The notes: generated from the sequence alone by a model not told the origin. Shown: positions 1 through 9,396, counted from the first letter of the stretch. The stretch: DNA of 64,000 nucleotides from an uncultured Gammaproteobacteria bacterium (GCA_964536205.1 CAZHVT010000006.1:8623-72622); one strand, 5' to 3'. A program made the numbers and translations.

Positions 1-927
1 GAGTTGCCTGTTTTGGGTTGCAAGCTCTTCGTGACTTTGTTCGGGTAGATCGAGCGTTTGTTGTAGCTCTTCTCGTGCTTCCCGAAGTTGATCCAGTGAC
101 TTGCCGAGATCTTCGATCATGCCGGCCATGTCTACTTCATCATCTTCACTCACACTTTCGTCGATACTTGCAGGCACTGGAGTTTCTTGCGCTGGTTCCT
201 GCGGAGGTTCTGGAGTCTCTACCTTCTTTTCTTCCAGTGCTGACTTGTCCAAAACTACATCATCTGCAAGGAATCCTGAAATCGACTCAAGAGTTTGGTC
301 TTTGCCAAGCGACACTCTGCGATATCGACGAGCTGCGTTCTCACTTTGTTTGATGCGGATGAGGCCCATATCCCTCAAAAAGTACAGGTCGCCTCGAAGT
401 GTTGAGGAGGCGACTCGATCTCCGTCACGCTCAAGTCGTTTGTCGATTGCAAGGGCATTTGGAATTACGAGTAATTCCCCAGCTTCCTTGTGCTCATGCA
501 ATAGTTGAACTATCACGCCCAGCACACGGGATCTCCGTTGTGCTGCTTTCGACGCTGGATTGCTTTGTGACGTATCGACATTTGATGTGGTGGACTGTGA
601 TTCAGGTTGGCTGCTGGATCTGTTTGATCCCCGAGCCATAACAATTGCCTTTGACTCATCGACAAGACAAATCGACAGAACCTTTCCAAATTCTGAACCG
701 TTTTGTCGATGAAGTGAAATTGCGCCTTGTTCTTTGAGGTGGCGCACTCGCAACTTCATCATGTCCATGTGATTGAAAGGCTTGTTGGTGCCTTTTCTCG
801 CTTGGATCCGTTCCAGAACGTCTTTTACGGAACCATTGAATTTGTGATCCGGTTGCTTTTTGAGCTCCACAACTACTTCGTTGTAGATGCGCTGTTTGTC
901 TGCATTGCTCAATGTGCGACGTGTCAT
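1..927 (-). CDS. Orphan protein with a winged-HTH-like segment and an acidic/coiled-coil tail (3' partial, runs off the window)
   Basis: Hand translation from the ATG at 927 (SD GGAGG, TTGACA-N17-TAGGCT upstream) stays open for 309 codons to the window edge: MTRRTLSNADKQRIYNEVV...QRRSRVLGVIVQLLHEH...VASSTLRGDLYFLRDMGLIRI. It is missing from the ORF track because there is no stop in the window. Confidence 0.8.
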   Translation of the reverse strand, partial: MTRRTLSNADKQRIYNEVVVELKKQPDHKFNGSVKDVLERIQARKGTNKPFNHMDMMKLRVRHLKEQGAISLHRQNGSEFGKVLSICLVDESKAIVMARGSNRSSSQPESQSTTSNVDTSQSNPASKAAQRRSRVLGVIVQLLHEHKEAGELLVIPNALAIDKRLERDGDRVASSTLRGDLYFLRDMGLIRIKQSENAARRYRRVSLGKDQTLESISGFLADDVVLDKSALEEKKVETPEPPQEPAQETPVPASIDESVSEDDEVDMAGMIEDLGKSLDQLREAREELQQTLDLPEQSHEELATQNRQL

Positions 928-992
928 GAATTTCCTCCGTTGTTGTGACTTGGAATGAACACTCTAGAGCCTAGCATTATGTGTGTTATGTG

Positions 993-1742
993 TCAAGTAT
1001 TGAGTTGGGCTGTTTTAACGCTGTTTTGAGCGAATTCTAACTGCTGTTTTGTGTTAATTCCAATTGCTTGTTTTGGTGGAATTTCTATGGTGTGTACAGT
1101 TTTATGTTGTTGTGAAGCTATCTTGATGAGATCAGTGATGTATAGTTCTGATTGAGCGTTCTGATCTGATAGTTTATGAATGTTTTGATTCAGCCATGCT
1201 GTTTCAAAGAGATATGGTGATGCATTTACTTGTGTTATATCTCGTGTTATTGCGTTGGCATCTTTAAACTCGATGATGCTTGTGACGGTGTTATTTTTTT
1301 TGATTACTCGTCCCCAGTGTTCAAATGTTGCGTACCATTGTTGATAGTGAGGGACGGTTACGGTTCCAATTGTTGTAGTATTTTTGTTGGTTGCTGAAGC
1401 ACAGAATTTTTGAAATGTGTGTGTTTGAAAGAAGGGGTGATCTCCATAACAGACAAGTGTGTATTGGGATGTGATGTGTGGTAGTGCACATTGTAGTGCA
1501 TGACCTGTTCCGCGCGGTTTTTTTTGCGTTGCGTATTTTAAATCACATGGTAGTGTTTTTCTTATTTCGGTCTCGTTATCGCCAACAACAATGAGAGGGG
1601 TGGTGATGGATTGGCATGGTTTTAGTGCATCAATAAGATGTTGAATAATAGGTTTTCCATTTATTGGTATCAGTACTTTTGGGATATCTGATACCATTCG
1701 TGTGCCTTTTCCTGCCGCTAAAATTACTGGTTGTATTAACAT
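993..1742 (-). CDS. GlmU-like nucleotidyltransferase (N-terminal uridyltransferase domain only)
   Basis: ILAAGKGTRMVSDIPKVL, GTGHAL, IIEFKDA and NAQSELYITD motifs; 249 aa with no left-handed beta-helix. Confidence 0.85.
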   Translation of the reverse strand: MLIQPVILAAGKGTRMVSDIPKVLIPINGKPIIQHLIDALKPCQSITTPLIVVGDNETEIRKTLPCDLKYATQKKPRGTGHALQCALPHITSQYTLVCYGDHPFFQTHTFQKFCASATNKNTTTIGTVTVPHYQQWYATFEHWGRVIKKNNTVTSIIEFKDANAITRDITQVNASPYLFETAWLNQNIHKLSDQNAQSELYITDLIKIASQQHKTVHTIEIPPKQAIGINTKQQLEFAQNSVKTAQLNT

Positions 1743-1857
1743 ATGTTTTGTATTTACATATATATTGACATATTTAAATATGTTTGTTAATATTAGATGT
1801 GATTGGTGGTGTAATTAACATTGTCAATGTAAGCGTTCATTACAAGGTGAGGGATAC

Positions 1858-3741
1858 ATGGCACAGCGAATATTCATTAGATACCCAGTCGTCAGTGGCG
1901 GTTGGGACTATGTGCAGATTGATCCTGCACGAGCATCGTTGAATATGTTGACTGAGCTTTGGACAAAGGCTCGTCAGCAAGGCGGAGATATCAAGTATGT
2001 ACATGCCTTCGGGTATGAGAATTTGATCAGTAAGCAACACAACACAGATGAGTTGGATGAACTGATTGAGCAGGTTTTACATCCAATGCAAGTTGCGATT
2101 GATGGGAATTCCCCTGAAACATCTGCAACGCTCTCAAGTTTGACAACGGATATTCGTAAGCTGAAAGATGTATTTGCATCGATTGGATCTGGTCAAATAA
2201 AAGATGCCGAGCATAAGCTTCGGGATTTACTGTGGTCTATTCAATCTACAGTCTGTACTATCGCGAGCCTTCTCGAGTTTATTCAGGAAGAGGTTTCTGG
2301 GTTGAACTCCGTAAACCAATCATGGCAGAATGCTTCACAACTTAGTGATGATGCGCGTGGTTGGTATGACGATTGGTCAGAGCAAGCGATGAAGATCATC
2401 GAGTATGTCGGTGCATTGAAAGGGTTTCGTTCGACTATCGAATCGGAAACTCAACGCGCAACAATAGGTAAGCGTCATTTTGACCAAAGTGTAGCAGAGG
2501 CTCAAGTTATTTACTCCGAGTCTTTGTTGTTCCTCGATGATCCTGAATCTTTGGGGCATGACAATTTTTGCGAGCGTGCTCAAGCGTTTAGTGTTGATTG
2601 CTCGAAAGAGGATCGTACTGCGATGGAGCAAGACATTGCGAGTGCTCGTGAGCATATCGCACGATGTCGAGATCTCGCTAAGGCGTTGCACGAAGATTGG
2701 GTCAACGGCCGTACGGTATTGGTTCAGAAATCGGTTCAACTTAATCGAGACATTACTCGATGCGTAAATGCTTTACTGCATTCGCGAAATTCGTTTACAG
2801 GTTTGCGAGATGGTATTTTTGCGGACAAGCCTGCTCCATTCTCACTGAATGACCCTGCAATTTCTGAAGAGGATTTTTGTCTGGCTATGCAGTATGTGGA
2901 TTCATCGGAATGGATTCCAAGCCGCGCAAAAAGTCGCCTTGTTGCGTTAGCTCAAGCACTTCCAGAACATTATGGAAGTGAGCCGGAATGTTCCGCGGAA
3001 TTGGAACGGGCAATGTCATTTGCAATGCAACATATTGAGCGAATTGAATCCGATTGGAGACATGAAGATCAGAAATCAGGTGCAGATGAAAATCAAAGTT
3101 TCGGCTTTGTGATGCCGACGTTTGGTAAGTCTTCGTCATCTGACGATGAAGAAGATGATGACTCGGTTTCAGCTGAATCTCGACCGTCAGCAACTGATCG
3201 TGCAATCATTAAGCCTTCAGCTGCTCAGACGTTAGCTCGTCGCAATGGGAATGGTTCAGGTCAAGATGCTGCTTCTCAAAAAGGTGGTATTGAGGCAACG
3301 ATAGATTTGGAAATATTGTATTCTCGCGCTACGTTTGATCAGGTTCATGATTTGCTTCTGTGTTGTGGGTATGTCATAACGTGCAACGCGAGTGGCATCT
3401 CGCTGAGTAATGCAAATGCGTTGCTCAAAACGGTGCGTAAACTCAACTTGGTTCATCCGCGAATCTTGAATGTTTACTGGGATCGTATGCAGGATTACAT
3501 TGAAGAACCTGATAGATGCACGATTGTACAAGAGCGATCGAATCTGACTCGCATGTGGCGTTCTGCTAGCACTCCTTGGGTTAAGACTCTTCAGCCCATC
3601 AATAAATGGTGTTGGATGAAAGTCAGTCCTTACGCTCGTGAAATGTGCCAGTTTTTGATGGCGAAGTACGGCATTACTGCTGAACAGATTCGTGCAGCCA
3701 AGAAAGACAAGGATTCTGACGAGGGATGGGATCGTCGTTAA
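1858..3741 (+). CDS. Hypothetical 627-aa protein, largely helical/coiled-coil, with an acidic Ser-rich linker
   Basis: Long ORF with SD GAGGG, upstream TTGACA at 1765 and a terminator downstream; no recognised motif. Confidence 0.8.
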   Translation: MAQRIFIRYPVVSGGWDYVQIDPARASLNMLTELWTKARQQGGDIKYVHAFGYENLISKQHNTDELDELIEQVLHPMQVAIDGNSPETSATLSSLTTDIRKLKDVFASIGSGQIKDAEHKLRDLLWSIQSTVCTIASLLEFIQEEVSGLNSVNQSWQNASQLSDDARGWYDDWSEQAMKIIEYVGALKGFRSTIESETQRATIGKRHFDQSVAEAQVIYSESLLFLDDPESLGHDNFCERAQAFSVDCSKEDRTAMEQDIASAREHIARCRDLAKALHEDWVNGRTVLVQKSVQLNRDITRCVNALLHSRNSFTGLRDGIFADKPAPFSLNDPAISEEDFCLAMQYVDSSEWIPSRAKSRLVALAQALPEHYGSEPECSAELERAMSFAMQHIERIESDWRHEDQKSGADENQSFGFVMPTFGKSSSSDDEEDDDSVSAESRPSATDRAIIKPSAAQTLARRNGNGSGQDAASQKGGIEATIDLEILYSRATFDQVHDLLLCCGYVITCNASGISLSNANALLKTVRKLNLVHPRILNVYWDRMQDYIEEPDRCTIVQERSNLTRMWRSASTPWVKTLQPINKWCWMKVSPYAREMCQFLMAKYGITAEQIRAAKKDKDSDEGWDRR

Positions 3742-3752
3742 TTAGATTTACA

Positions 3753-3811
3753 GGCTCCGACTACGGTCGGAGTTTTTTTAATAAAAAAATATCCCCGACC
3801 GTAGTCGGGGA
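3753..3811. terminator. Back-to-back intrinsic terminators for convergent genes
   Basis: CTCCGAC-TACG-GTCGGAG+T-run on the + strand and TCCCCGAC-TACG-GTCGGGGA+T-run on the - strand. Confidence 0.85.
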
Positions 3812-3816
3812 GTGGC

Positions 3817-5871
3817 TTATCGCAACTTGTGCATGTGTTCGTGGAAGATCCGGTTTCCCTTCATTTCCAGGTCTGACATGAGTTGACGAGCTTGATCAGG
3901 CGACATGTGTGCTGCCGCCTCGTCATTTCTTTTGACAGTAAATTCGAAGTGGACGAAGCGAGCGAATTCGCTACAGATGGCACGCCAAATGTAGTTGTGC
4001 AGCGTGTTTGCTTTCTTCGCTTCTTGATAGCCTGGGGCTTTCGTGTTCAAGAGGATTGAGTTAATCGTTCCTCCTTCCACCATCATGATGGGGCACTCTG
4101 CGAGCACACCACCCATGGGGATGTCGTCATAGCGGAAGAAATACGTTTCGTCATCCATGACCATTCCGAAGACTTCTCGTGTGCTCCTGACTTCCTTGAC
4201 CACGATGTCACAAAAGGATTTGTGATCGGGGTTTTCGGAGTCGTATGCGGTGATGCGTACGATGCCAGGTGTTGCAGGCGTGAAGATGACACTGCGATTT
4301 CTGATCGTCATTGTGCCTGATCCGTTCTTGGACCACTTCAATTTTCCTTTCAGCTTGTCGACGTTGCTGGCGGTAACCTGCACAACTTCTGCTGTTGTGA
4401 TGGTTGCGTCAGATGGACTTGTGTGGAAGTAGCGCTGATTCACTACGGAATAGTGAGCCATGTCTGAAAATGCGGTTGAAACGACTTCAGCCACCACGTA
4501 AGCCGGGCCCATTGTCTCTGCTGTCATTCGAATGCCGGTATCAGTCCGTTGCACGTCTGTGCATCCCGACTTTTTGGTATTCCAGTCAATGTCCTTGTGC
4601 TTGATCAATCCTTGATCTCGAATCTCTTTTTTGATGGATGCGGTGATCTCGAATGTTTCACCGACCTCAACTTCTCGAGGGTGCTTCAGTTTGATTGCCA
4701 TGCCGGAAGGCACGTCATCAGGATTGTCTCCAGGTGTTTTGTCATCTGGTTTGACGGGCTTTTTCTTTGACTTGCCGTTGCTCGGAAGATCATTTTCGTC
4801 GATGTCCCAGAAGTCTTTGATCTTTGACATCAACTTCATGAATTCTTCTTTGTCATCACTGTTTTCGTCTGTCGGGGCTTCGAAGCCCAGATCTCGACGA
4901 ACAGCAGGCGCCAGTCGATTGAGTAGGCGGATGAATGGCAGTGTCAGTGGTTCGTTGGCGATAGAGCCAGCGATTCGTTCTCGACTTTCGGTTGTGTGAT
5001 TTTCAAACATCGCACAGCTGATGTGTCCAGCAACTTCGGGCAGCAGATAGATGGGATCCAGTGCGTATCCATCCATGTTGCGGCATGCTGTAACGAGCGT
5101 TCCGATTTTGCCTTCTCCGATGTCCTTTCCTGTCACTCGAACGTACCTGCGTGGACTGCTCTTCTTGAGCTTTGGACGCATGATGTCGATGCTGACAGTT
5201 CCGAGTCGCGGGTGAACTTCGACGAATTCGAATCGTTTTCCGATCAGATCGACGTCAGGGAGTTCCTCGATTTCGTCAATCGAGATCTTGTATTTCAGAT
5301 TGCTCGGCAGGCGAAGTGCGAGTTCTTGGGCTAGTCGATTACCTCGACCATCTTTGAACAGCTTGATTTTTTCCGGATGCAGATCGAAAATGATGAGCGT
5401 ACCGGTTTCGGAATCGTACGGCCACGTTTTATCGTTTTTCGGGAGAGCTTCTGGCCTCAACGCAATTTTGTTGATTGCGTTTTTACCACACTCACTTGTT
5501 TTCAGTGTGAATCTCACGACTGTGTCAGGAAGTTCCTTAGAGACGGTGACAACTGTCACGCTTGTGGACAGCGACATGAGCACCTGTTTGATGCCTGTCG
5601 CGTATTTGCCACGTTTCCCTTTGAGGATTTTCGAACGCGGTTTTCCGATTGAGACGAATTGATTTCGATTTGCTTCACCCATGCCTTCCCCGTCGTCGAG
5701 GATCATGAATTGCTTTCGATTATCGGTTCGGATCCGAATGGATTGTGCGTCCCAGTCCAAAGCATTCTTGATGAGCTCAATGATGCAGTGGATGATATCC
5801 TTTCCATCGAAGATTTCGTGAATGATATCGGGCTCAATCGTGGCGATAATGTCAGGTACTACTTGACTCAT
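3817..5871 (-). CDS. GHKL (MORC/HATPase_c-like) ATPase with C-terminal Ig-like domains
   Basis: Bergerat motifs ELIKNALD, DDGEGM, GKRGKYATGIK and GTLI; a Lys/Pro linker; beta-rich repeats (VEVGETFEITAS..DIDW, ATITTAEVVQVTAS..LKWS..PGIVRITAY); SD AGGAG. Confidence 0.8.
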   Translation of the reverse strand: MSQVVPDIIATIEPDIIHEIFDGKDIIHCIIELIKNALDWDAQSIRIRTDNRKQFMILDDGEGMGEANRNQFVSIGKPRSKILKGKRGKYATGIKQVLMSLSTSVTVVTVSKELPDTVVRFTLKTSECGKNAINKIALRPEALPKNDKTWPYDSETGTLIIFDLHPEKIKLFKDGRGNRLAQELALRLPSNLKYKISIDEIEELPDVDLIGKRFEFVEVHPRLGTVSIDIMRPKLKKSSPRRYVRVTGKDIGEGKIGTLVTACRNMDGYALDPIYLLPEVAGHISCAMFENHTTESRERIAGSIANEPLTLPFIRLLNRLAPAVRRDLGFEAPTDENSDDKEEFMKLMSKIKDFWDIDENDLPSNGKSKKKPVKPDDKTPGDNPDDVPSGMAIKLKHPREVEVGETFEITASIKKEIRDQGLIKHKDIDWNTKKSGCTDVQRTDTGIRMTAETMGPAYVVAEVVSTAFSDMAHYSVVNQRYFHTSPSDATITTAEVVQVTASNVDKLKGKLKWSKNGSGTMTIRNRSVIFTPATPGIVRITAYDSENPDHKSFCDIVVKEVRSTREVFGMVMDDETYFFRYDDIPMGGVLAECPIMMVEGGTINSILLNTKAPGYQEAKKANTLHNYIWRAICSEFARFVHFEFTVKRNDEAAAHMSPDQARQLMSDLEMKGNRIFHEHMHKLR

Positions 5872-5883
5872 TTTTTTCTCCTA

Positions 5884-7308
5884 TTATTGTTGCCGTTCTT
5901 CATTGGGTTGACTTGCGAGATGTTCGCGCGAACTATCAAATAGCTCGCTTAGTTTTCCTGGGTATTCGTACGAGAATTGACGAATTGCCAATTCAAGTTC
6001 AGCCAGCTCTAAATCCATTTCATCTCGGAGTTTGGCGCGAATGCGCGTATCCTTGATTTGTGAACATACGTTTATCAATCCTCTGGTGATTTGTACTTGT
6101 GTCTTGAGGTCCTCAATAAACGATGTGCTTGGAGTTATGTTAAGCGATGCAAATCCGTTTTTAGTGAGACATAGCTCTACACCTGTTGGTGATGGGCTTC
6201 CGCCAATACTTTCCAGAGAAACCTTTTTTGTGTTTTTCTTGATTCGAGTTGGACGACTTGACGGTTTCGGTCTCTTGTCACCGTTAGAGCCTATTCTTGG
6301 TGATCTTGTGTTGCTCCGTTTCTTTTTACCCATTACGGGCATTTCGAACTCGGTGTCAGCTTCGCTTTTCGCCTCAGTTTTGGGTTCTGGTTCTTCTGGC
6401 TCTTTTGGAGTTGGTTTTTGTGTTTCTTTCGACAGACTTACAACAGGTTCTGATGGCTCAGTTTTTTGTGGTTCTGAATCAGACTCGACTGTGCGAAGAT
6501 ATTCTTCTGCACTGGCAATCATGAGTTCAATATGCTCAACAGAAGTGCGACCCTTCAAACCGTTATTGTAGGTCGTAACATGTACACCACACGCATGAGC
6601 TCTTAGGGGAGCCATGGTGATATGTGCCTTCATCCGATTGACAAGAACCTGCAATCGCAATGATGCTTCTTGTCGTTGTGATTTGACCTCTGTAAGTCGT
6701 TGTTCAATTAAGGTGTTGATTTTTGGATCTGTGATTGTGCTGTCGATTCTTTCGGCGATTTTTGGATCGGCGAGTTTCGCGATAGCCTCTTTTTTGGTTG
6801 CAAGTGCGTTTCGAACAATGTCTCGTAGATCTTCATCGAAGATTTTGCTGAATTCTTCGTGATTTGCAAATCCGGCAAAGTGTACGATGTGGATGTCCAT
6901 CAGATTGAATACACGCGCAACTGTATCGAGGTCGAAGTACGCAAGCGTGAGATAGTTTTGCGAAAGATTGTTCGAGAGCAGTGTGATTTTTTGCTCGAGC
7001 TCATTTTGTCCGAATTTTCGGCAGAAGTTTTGGAATGATTCGCCTTTTGTGACTACGGTTAAGCCGTTGTACAGTCGTCGAATCATGTTTCCAGAACAGT
7101 TGCAATAGCGAGCGAATTGTCGAAGCGTATTATGATTTCCCTTTGAAACCTTTTTACCCTTCCCATGCCTATCTCGGAATTTCGCATATTCGTCTATGCA
7201 TAACTGTCGAAGCTCGCGTTGTAACGGAATCATCTCCCTAATTTTGAGATGCGTCACAACCACATCTCGTTGCATTGCAGCTACTTTATGCGCATCGTAT
7301 TTTTTCAT
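5884..7308 (-). CDS. Hypothetical protein with XRE-like HTH segments and a disordered E/P/K-rich linker
   Basis: TLRQFARYCNCSGNMIRRLYNG and RAHACGVHVTTYNNGLKGRTS resemble HTH motifs. Start placed at ATG 7308 (GAGAGG SD) rather than 7347. Lies 12 bp upstream of the GHKL gene. Confidence 0.7.
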   Translation of the reverse strand: MKKYDAHKVAAMQRDVVVTHLKIREMIPLQRELRQLCIDEYAKFRDRHGKGKKVSKGNHNTLRQFARYCNCSGNMIRRLYNGLTVVTKGESFQNFCRKFGQNELEQKITLLSNNLSQNYLTLAYFDLDTVARVFNLMDIHIVHFAGFANHEEFSKIFDEDLRDIVRNALATKKEAIAKLADPKIAERIDSTITDPKINTLIEQRLTEVKSQRQEASLRLQVLVNRMKAHITMAPLRAHACGVHVTTYNNGLKGRTSVEHIELMIASAEEYLRTVESDSEPQKTEPSEPVVSLSKETQKPTPKEPEEPEPKTEAKSEADTEFEMPVMGKKKRSNTRSPRIGSNGDKRPKPSSRPTRIKKNTKKVSLESIGGSPSPTGVELCLTKNGFASLNITPSTSFIEDLKTQVQITRGLINVCSQIKDTRIRAKLRDEMDLELAELELAIRQFSYEYPGKLSELFDSSREHLASQPNEERQQ

Positions 7309-7582
7309 CTTACCTCTCAATATTTCGTTGTAATGATCTGGAGCCATGAAAGGCTATTCAGGAATCAATAGTGGTATGTATCCCTGAATAACCTTCATTG
7401 CGTTCGATTAATACTAGCTAGATTTAGTTCAATTGTCAAGTGTGTTCGTGTCAGCTGTTGCATCTTGTTTAATTTTTGAATTTGCCTGTAAATTTAGTCT
7501 TTTTTACTTAGGATGGGTATCTTGACTTAGCATGGTCATTGTGATAATTTCATGGCAATGTTCATTACAACAAGAGGTACAC

Positions 7583-8749
7583 ATGCAAGAATCAAATGCA
7601 AAGCGTGTTGTCCGCAGAATGTTTTATCGTGAATGTGTTGGTCAGTGGCTTGATCCGCATGAAATTGAGAACGGTAATATTCTGATTTTGATGGGAGATG
7701 AGCCATTGGAAATTCCTTACATTCAGGAATTGGGCTTTGATCCATTTAGTGTGTGTTCGGTTGAGAGAGATGAGGATATTTTTCGTAAGCAGCGGCGTAT
7801 GGTTGATGGGGGCGAAATTCAGGTTTCGCTATACTTTGGTCAGATGAAACGCTATCTCATGAAAATGCTTCATTGTTACAAGAAATTTGTTGTGCTGAAT
7901 TTGGACGTAGAGGGGAGCTATCGTTTCCAGCTTGATCCAGCTATGACATCTGTTGTGCAGTTTTGTGCAGCAAATCCTCGTACGGTTGTGGCGACGTATT
8001 CGTCAATTGGCCGAAATTTCAACACAGTGTGGGAAGGCATTAAGGCCCTCACATTACTTGTGTGGCTTGCACCAAAAAAGACACGTCAGCTGATGGCGAG
8101 TTTGGTTCATGCCTACACTGAGGCAGGGTGTACACAGCCGATTCGATTTGCTCTACGTGATGTGTTTTGGCTGGTGAGTCAGATTGAGCATCTTGTGCAG
8201 GCGTCAATGATTAAAGGTTGGATTTCGCGAGAAGAGTACGATTGTTTCAACCAAGGCTATGCCCTCTTGTGGAACTATGTGTTCACAAAGAGAAAGAAGA
8301 CGCTTCGGCTCCGCGACATTTACACCTTTGTTTCTTCTTGGACGCAGATTGAAGATGAAAATTCTTGTCTTCGAGTTCTGCCGTGTATGCATATGGGCAT
8401 CACAGATTTGATGCATGTATTATATCGCGCTCAGCGTCCTTGGATACAACGTTGTTACTTTACTCGTTATGAGGTTGCATCTCCATCTCGTCGACGAACT
8501 GTTCGAACCCATCTGAATCGATTGTGTGACTTGTTGATTTCTCGTCCTTTCATTTATGTCGATGAGGATGGTACTCGTCAGGATATTGATATTTCGTCTG
8601 TTCCTGAATGTGGTGTGGATGGATTCATTATTTGGAAAAATCCGCAGCGAAAGCAAAATTTGTATACAATGTTTCGGCCGCGTAGGTTGCGACCGGAGAA
8701 GTTTGGGCATGGTTCACATGCAGTAGAGTCTAGTTTAGGTCAACAGTAA
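7583..8749 (+). CDS. Putative degenerate class I SAM-dependent methyltransferase-fold protein
   Basis: Rossmann-like strand order ILILMGDE...VCSVERD...LYFGQM...FVVLNLDVEGS; ATG 7583 follows an AAGAGG SD. The fold is an inference. Confidence 0.55.
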   Translation: MQESNAKRVVRRMFYRECVGQWLDPHEIENGNILILMGDEPLEIPYIQELGFDPFSVCSVERDEDIFRKQRRMVDGGEIQVSLYFGQMKRYLMKMLHCYKKFVVLNLDVEGSYRFQLDPAMTSVVQFCAANPRTVVATYSSIGRNFNTVWEGIKALTLLVWLAPKKTRQLMASLVHAYTEAGCTQPIRFALRDVFWLVSQIEHLVQASMIKGWISREEYDCFNQGYALLWNYVFTKRKKTLRLRDIYTFVSSWTQIEDENSCLRVLPCMHMGITDLMHVLYRAQRPWIQRCYFTRYEVASPSRRRTVRTHLNRLCDLLISRPFIYVDEDGTRQDIDISSVPECGVDGFIIWKNPQRKQNLYTMFRPRRLRPEKFGHGSHAVESSLGQQ

Positions 8750-8761
8750 GGAGGTTGAGTA

Positions 8762-9391
8762 ATGAGTGCTTTGCAAGATCGATTTTGGAAGGGAGGGCAA
8801 TTGACTCCTGTTGGTGTGCGTTTCGTTCGTGAATGCACAGAGGCTGGGGAGGATGTAGATCAGATTTTGTCGCGCATGGGGAGTAATTGTCCTAGAAATG
8901 CGCGAGTCATGATTGGTTTGTATGTAAGGACTACTGGCAGTAATGGTGGGTCTGCGGATACAAGTTCGTTGCCGAATATGTATGTGGCGAATGGAAAGCT
9001 AACTAAGGTTGGTAAGGACCGAGTGCATGCGTTGGCCACAAAAAGCGCAACCATCACTGCGCAAGAGATTCTCGATGAAATGGGAATTACGGAGATTTCC
9101 GAACGATCGATGCGTGCGTTTTTGGCGCATGCTCCGTCGAGACGTCCTCCGAAGAAAAAGAAGAAGTCTCGTAAAAAGAGACCTTCGGCAGTTTCAGGAG
9201 CTTTTGTAGTTAACGGTAGGCTGACTGCGGCTGGAAAGGTGCATATGTATGAGTTGGCCGCAAAAAGCGCAACCATCACTGCGCAAGAGATTCTCGATGA
9301 AATGGGAATTACGGAGATTTCCGAACGATCGATGCGTGCGTTTTTGGCGCATGCTCCGTCGAGACGTCCTCCGAGAAAAAAGAAGAAATAA
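8762..9391 (+). CDS. Basic protein with three repeats of a putative HTH-like module and poly-Lys tails
   Basis: Repeats FWKGGQLTPVG / YVANGKLTKVG / FVVNGRLTAAG, each followed by xxQ/EILxxMG; KKKKKSRKKR tails; SD AAGGAGG. Confidence 0.75.
   Translation: MSALQDRFWKGGQLTPVGVRFVRECTEAGEDVDQILSRMGSNCPRNARVMIGLYVRTTGSNGGSADTSSLPNMYVANGKLTKVGKDRVHALATKSATITAQEILDEMGITEISERSMRAFLAHAPSRRPPKKKKKSRKKRPSAVSGAFVVNGRLTAAGKVHMYELAAKSATITAQEILDEMGITEISERSMRAFLAHAPSRRPPRKKKK
9039..9374 (+). repeat. Exact 114-bp intragenic direct repeat (9039-9152 = 9261-9374)
   Basis: Base-by-base comparison; offset 222 bp (74 codons). Confidence 0.95.
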
Positions 9392-9396
9392 AACAT

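Noticed and set aside
18-948. Plus-strand ORFs 18-353, 101-508, 399-641 and 727-948
   Set aside because: They are antisense shadows of the minus-strand gene starting at 927, which has the SD and promoter.
8860-9396. 178-aa minus-strand ORF with repeats
   Set aside because: It mirrors the plus-strand repeat gene and has no SD, whereas the plus strand has the SD and terminator.
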